NCBI RefSeq assembly: GCF_036971445.1
Contig: NC_091473.1
Coordinates: 210,986,001-211,050,000, forward strand
Length of the DNA: 64,000 nucleotides
Reading direction: 5' to 3'
Source: Narcine bancroftii
Lineage: Eukaryota
Made by a program: the position numbers and the translations under genes. Shown here in pieces: positions 59,480 through 64,000 of this stretch. The notes under the pieces are model-generated. The model saw nothing but the letters and a program-made list of their open reading frames with translations. It was not told the DNA's origin and ran no database searches. The first letter of the stretch is position 1. Each line of letters opens with the position of its first letter.

Positions 59480-60037
59480 TGTGAAAGGACGTGGCTGGCC
59501 CATGATAGGACTACCCACTATCTGGTTAGAAGATCCATCACTTGCCAATAGAGTCCACCTTGCCGTTGGCCAATTTAAATACTTTATACTTGCCCTTGGG
59601 TCATTGGCTTTTGTTATTGACAACTGCTGGCACTGAACTATTGGTTCTCTGTAAATTACCTGGGTTGGACCCTTCCAGCACTATAAAGGGTGTCATATGT
59701 ACTCAGCTCTCCCTCTTTCCTATCTTCGAGGGACCACCCTGCTTCACTCCAGACTGAGTACTGTGGAACGGTGGTGGAGAAATTGTTGGTGAGATGTGCA
59801 GAGTTTTAGGGTTGGGAGTATTTTAGTTAGTGTCTGTAGTGCACTTAGTCGGGGATGGGGGGGGGGGGGTTAGGCGCTGTGAGTGTGTGTGAGAGACAGA
59901 TCCCCTCTATAAATTATGCATGCTATTTTATTCACGGTGGGACTTTCCCATGCTCGTCTTTTATAAATAAAATAATTTATTACCAGACGGAGTTCAGAGT
60001 CCTTGCTTTAGAGACCCATCGAATCAGTTTTCTCACA
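59480..60037 (+). mobile_element. candidate solo LTR (about 560 bp)
   Basis: TGTGAAA...TCTCACA ends, TATAAAA at about 59683, AATAAA at about 59966; absent from the paralogous segment at about 21890; no clean TSD. Confidence 0.55.
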
Positions 60038-60169
60038 ACACCTGCATCCAGTCCATTGCCTTCCACACCTCTGCCATTAATGTGCATGTCCAGACTCTTA
60101 AAATTGATTAAAATAGAGCCTGCATTCACCACTTCAGTTGATAGCTTGTAGAAGATCCCCTAATCCTCC

Positions 60170-61030
60170 TTTTAAACTTTTCCCCTTTCATCCTTAACCC
60201 ATATCCTCTGGTTGGTATCTCACCTATGTTTTCTCTGCCTGAACTCCTCAGAATTTTAAATAACTATCAAAACTCCAACCATCCTTCTACACTCCAGGGG
60301 AAAAAAAAGTCCTGACCTGTTTAACCTTTCCCTGTAACTCAGTTCCTGAAGTCCAGGCAACATCCAAGTAAATCTTCTCTGCACTCTTTCAATGTTATTG
60401 ATATCTTTCCTGTAGTTAGTTGACCAAAACTGCACACAATACTCCAAATTTGGCTCACAAATTTCTTCTACAACTTTACCACAACATCCAACTCCTACAC
60501 TTAATCCAGATAACAGGGAGTTTACAGACTTAGATTTATGAAGGCCAATATACCAAAAGCTCTATCCACCTGTGATGCTGCTGTTAGGTAATTATATATC
60601 TGTGTTCTCAGATCCCTGTGTTCTACCACAATCTTCAATGCCCTACCATTTACCGTGTATGTCCTTTCTTGGTTTGCCCTTCCAAAATGCAACACCTCAC
60701 ATTTGTCTGCATTAAATTCCATCTGCCATTTTCCATCCCATTTTTTCCAGCTGGTCCAAATCCCTCTGCAAGTTTTGCTCACCTCCAATCTTTGTGTCAT
60801 CTGCAAACCTGCTGATCCAATTCACCATATTCTCATCCAGATCACTGAGAAATGAGAAACAACAGTGGTCCCACCACTGATCTCAGAGGCACATCATAAG
60901 TCACAGGCATCCAGACTGAGAAGCATTCATCCTCCACCACTCTTGGGCCTCTCCTGTATCACTAATATCAAATCAGTTTACTAGCTCACCTTGAATATCG
61001 ACAGCCTTAACCTTCCTGACAACCTCAACC
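60170..61030 (-). mobile_element. CR1-clade LINE 3' RT fragment
   Basis: WQMEFNADKCEVLHFG, EYCVQFWS..YRKDI..ERVQRRFT.MLPGL motifs. Confidence 0.85.
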
Positions 61031-61999
61031 TCAACTAATCTTAGCCTGTGTTGCTTCCCCTGTCCCACCTCCCCACACCTTTTCATTCAGGAAACAGCCT
61101 GTTTTTCCACATTCCTGTGGAAGGCCCAAAAAATTTGAAACTCCGACTGCCTTTCCCTTCCTGTGGCTGCTGTGTGTCCTGCTGAGTTTCTCCAGCACTA
61201 TTGGGCATTGCATCTTGTATTCCGTCCCGACCCTCTCCAACCAGGTGGCATCAATATCAACCTCGTTTCTGTTATCCCTGTTTCCTCTCCTACAGCTCCC
61301 CACCACCTTCACTTCCTTTGCCCATCAGAGAGATTCCTTCTTAGCCCTCTCCCCCATCTCTCTCTCTCTTCTACCCTCCCACCAGTATCCATCTATAAGC
61401 CCGGTTTCCCCCCTTTCCCCTAACCTTTTTTTAATTCAGACATCTGCTTCATTTTCGGCACTCCTGGCGAAGGGCTCAGGCCCAAAATGCTGAATGCCTT
61501 TTACTTCCTATGGACGCTGCATGACCTGAGTTTCTCCAGCACTTGTGTCCTGCATTAGATCCCGGCATCTGCACATCCTCATTATCTGAAAGAGTCCAGG
61601 ATGCAACGTCGAGTCACAAACTTAATCAATTACAAACACCAAAGGGAAAGAGAGCAGAAGCACAAATAAGAGTGGGGAGAACGAGACAGGGAGGGGATCA
61701 GACTGCAGGATAAATCCCCATCAACATAATAATCCTTAAACCTGTGGCCTCTGAAACATCGACCCTTCGGCCCACATGTCTGTACTGAACAGGATGTCCA
61801 AACGAAACTGCTGCCTGCAAATAATCCATCTCCCTCCATACTTGTGGTTCTGTCAAGAACGGACTATACCTGGTCATCCATTCCACGTATAGTCTCTGGG
61901 TAAAATAATTGCCCCAAACATCTCCCTTAACCTTCCACCCTCCCACCTCAATTTAAACACACATCCTTTAGCATACACTTTTACCAGAGAGAAAAGATG

Positions 62000-62680
62000 C
62001 TGACTGTCCACCTTGAACCTCTCTCCCTGTGTGAACTCGCTGGTGTCCCCACAGACCGTAAGGCTGATTGAACTCCTTCCTGAGCAGGGAGCAGGGGAAT
62101 GATTTCTCTCAGTGCAAATACACTTGTGGCCCTGCAGAGAGGTGCAGTGGACCAATCCCTTTCTGAGAGAGAACAGTTTCTCTCAGTGAACCCGCTGGTG
62201 TGCCTGAGGCCGGATTGCGGAGAGAAGTCATTCTCCCACAGGGACCATGTGAATGGTTTCTCCCCAGTGTAAAATCTGTGGTGCCCCTGCATAGCGGAGG
62301 ACTGAAAGAAACCATTCCCACACAGGGAGCAGGTGAACAGTTTTTCCCCAGCGTGAATTCGCCAGTGGTCGTGCAAAAAAGTCAAATGGGCAAATTCCTT
62401 TCTGCACTTTCTTCAGGAGAACTGTTTCTTCCCCCATGTTAACCCCCTGATGTACCTGTAGGACAGATTGCTGAGAGAACCCTTTCCCACCCAGGGAACA
62501 GGTGAACTGTTTCTCCCCAGTCCAACCCGCTGATCTACCCCAAGGCTGGAGGGCTGAGTGAACCCTTTTCTGCACAAGGAGCAGGTGAACAGTTTTTCTC
62601 CAATGTGAATTTTCCAGTGGCTTTGCCAAGAAGTCAAATGGGAAAATCCTTTTCCACACATCCCACAAGGAATATGGTTT
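62000..62680 (-). pseudogene. decayed C2H2 finger repeats downstream of the ZNF stop
   Basis: GEKLFTCSLC, TGEKPFT remnants in shifting frames (ORFs 62228-62668, 61981-62385). Confidence 0.75.
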
Positions 62681-63553
62681 CTACCCAGTGTGATCCCGCT
62701 GGTGTACCCACAGGAAAGATTGCCGAGAGAACCCCTTTCCACACAGGATGCAGGTGAATGGTTTCTCCCCAGCATGAACACGCTGGTGTGCTTGCAGGCA
62801 GGAGGGCCAAGAGAACCCTTTCCCACACAGGGAACAGTCGAACGGTTTCTCCCTAGTGTGAACCCGTTGGTGTACTTGCAGGCCAAATTGCCGGGTGAAT
62901 CTCTTACCACACAGAGGACAGGTGAACAGTTTCTCCCTGGTGTGAACCTGCTGGTGTGCCTGCAGACCGGAATTCCGAGAGAACCGCTTCCCACACAGGG
63001 AGCAAGTGAATGGTTTCTCCCCAGTGTGAACCTGCTTGTGTATCCGCAGGTTGGAGGGCTGAGAGAATCCCTTCCCACACAGGGAGCAGGTGAATGGTTT
63101 CTCCCCAGTGTGAACACTCTGGTGCCTCAGCAGGTGCGAGGATCGAGTGAACTCCTTCCCGCACACACAGCATTTAAAGGATCTCTCCCTGGAGTGATTG
63201 TTCTGGTGCTGTAGGAGGCTGGAGGATTGGGTGAACCTTTTCCCACACACGCGGCAGGTGAACGGACTCTCACCAGGGGGAACACACCCATGCTCCTTCA
63301 GGTCCTTGGAGGTTTGAAAGCTCTTCCCACAGTCAGAGCAGGGGAATGGGCTCCCCCTACTGGGGAAACACTGGTGTTGCAGAAGTGCCTCCGAGCTGGC
63401 GAATCCCTCCCCACACTCGGAACAGGGGAATGGCCTCTCCCCAGTGTGAGTGCAGGGATGTGCTTCCAGCAAGTCCACAGAAAGCCCCGCCTCACCGCAT
63501 GCTTCATTTTGGAGTGTTTTATCTGCTGTATCACTGGGCACCTGACACTCCAT
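62681..63553 (-). CDS. tandem C2H2 zinc-finger protein (7 canonical plus 2 degenerate fingers), no KRAB visible; may be a truncated gene or pseudogene
   Basis: CxxC...HxxxH with TGEKPF linkers; polypyrimidine-CAG acceptor at 63697-63695; stop TAG sits where linker GAG (E) is expected. Confidence 0.75.
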   Translation of the reverse strand: MECQVPSDTADKTLQNEACGEAGLSVDLLEAHPCTHTGERPFPCSECGEGFASSEALLQHQCFPSRGSPFPCSDCGKSFQTSKDLKEHGCVPPGESPFTCRVCGKRFTQSSSLLQHQNNHSRERSFKCCVCGKEFTRSSHLLRHQSVHTGEKPFTCSLCGKGFSQPSNLRIHKQVHTGEKPFTCSLCGKRFSRNSGLQAHQQVHTREKLFTCPLCGKRFTRQFGLQVHQRVHTREKPFDCSLCGKGFSWPSCLQAHQRVHAGEKPFTCILCGKGFSRQSFLWVHQRDHTG

Positions 63554-64000
63554 GTCCACCAATCACCTGAAGTCAAGTTCACACACTCAATGTGCCGGTT
63601 GCTACTACGATCCCGAGGTATCCAGTCGGAGTGTTAGACCACCACGTGCCATTGTCTGAACCATTATTCTTGGAAATGCACTGATTTCTTCATCCTGTGA
63701 CGAGAAGATGGTGAAGTGAGAGGGAACAAAGCATTCTCCATGGGGAATGTTCCAATATGACACACATGGAGGCATGGTCAGCAACATGGAATTGTCCTGA
63801 ACTATGAAGAGGGCCACCATGGACAGGTAGACACCTGGTGGGTGAAATTCAGCTCAAGGAGTCAACAAACTGGAGAGAGCAAGAAACTGATTATGAACAC
63901 TGGATTGAATGTTTTTATGCCAAAAGTTCACAGCAGCTTTTGTTTTGGAGGTCAATTACAGCATTATTACCCAGAATCCTCAACAGAACCCACTCTGCCA

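Noticed and set aside
62413-63214. Overlapping repetitive ORFs (LGRNHSPAP..., GEWFLPSVN...)
   Set aside because: Alternative-frame and antisense translations of the 84-bp zinc-finger repeat.

Overview
Eukaryotic (vertebrate) genomic DNA. The repeat families, H1 type and KRAB-less C2H2 gene suggest a cartilaginous fish (inference). No prokaryotic features or CRISPR arrays. About 1-50 kb is a dense retroelement nest. It holds four proviruses and two solo LTRs of one class I gamma-like (HERV-I/ERV3-like) endogenous retrovirus family, called ERV-A here (tRNA-Pro PBS, 4-bp TSDs, amber readthrough gag-pol, shortened env-derived ORF starting at a TAATG stop-start). It also holds a 22-kb class III-like provirus, ERV-B (tRNA-Ser PBS, 5-bp TSD, gamma-type env), into which two ERV-A proviruses are nested, plus a near-complete L1 ORF2 inserted in an ERV pol, a Ty3/Gypsy fragment, other solo LTRs and RTE/CR1/L1 debris. 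The innermost ERV-A provirus has swapped NC-pro-pol for about 1.4 kb of non-viral DNA (a transduction-like structure). 50.6-56.5 kb is a replication-dependent histone quintet (H1, H4, H3, a divergent or pseudogenised H2A, H2B). 62-63.7 kb is a C2H2 zinc-finger exon with a decaying 3' array. Coordinates were read by eye and may be off by a few bases; divergence figures are rough manual counts.
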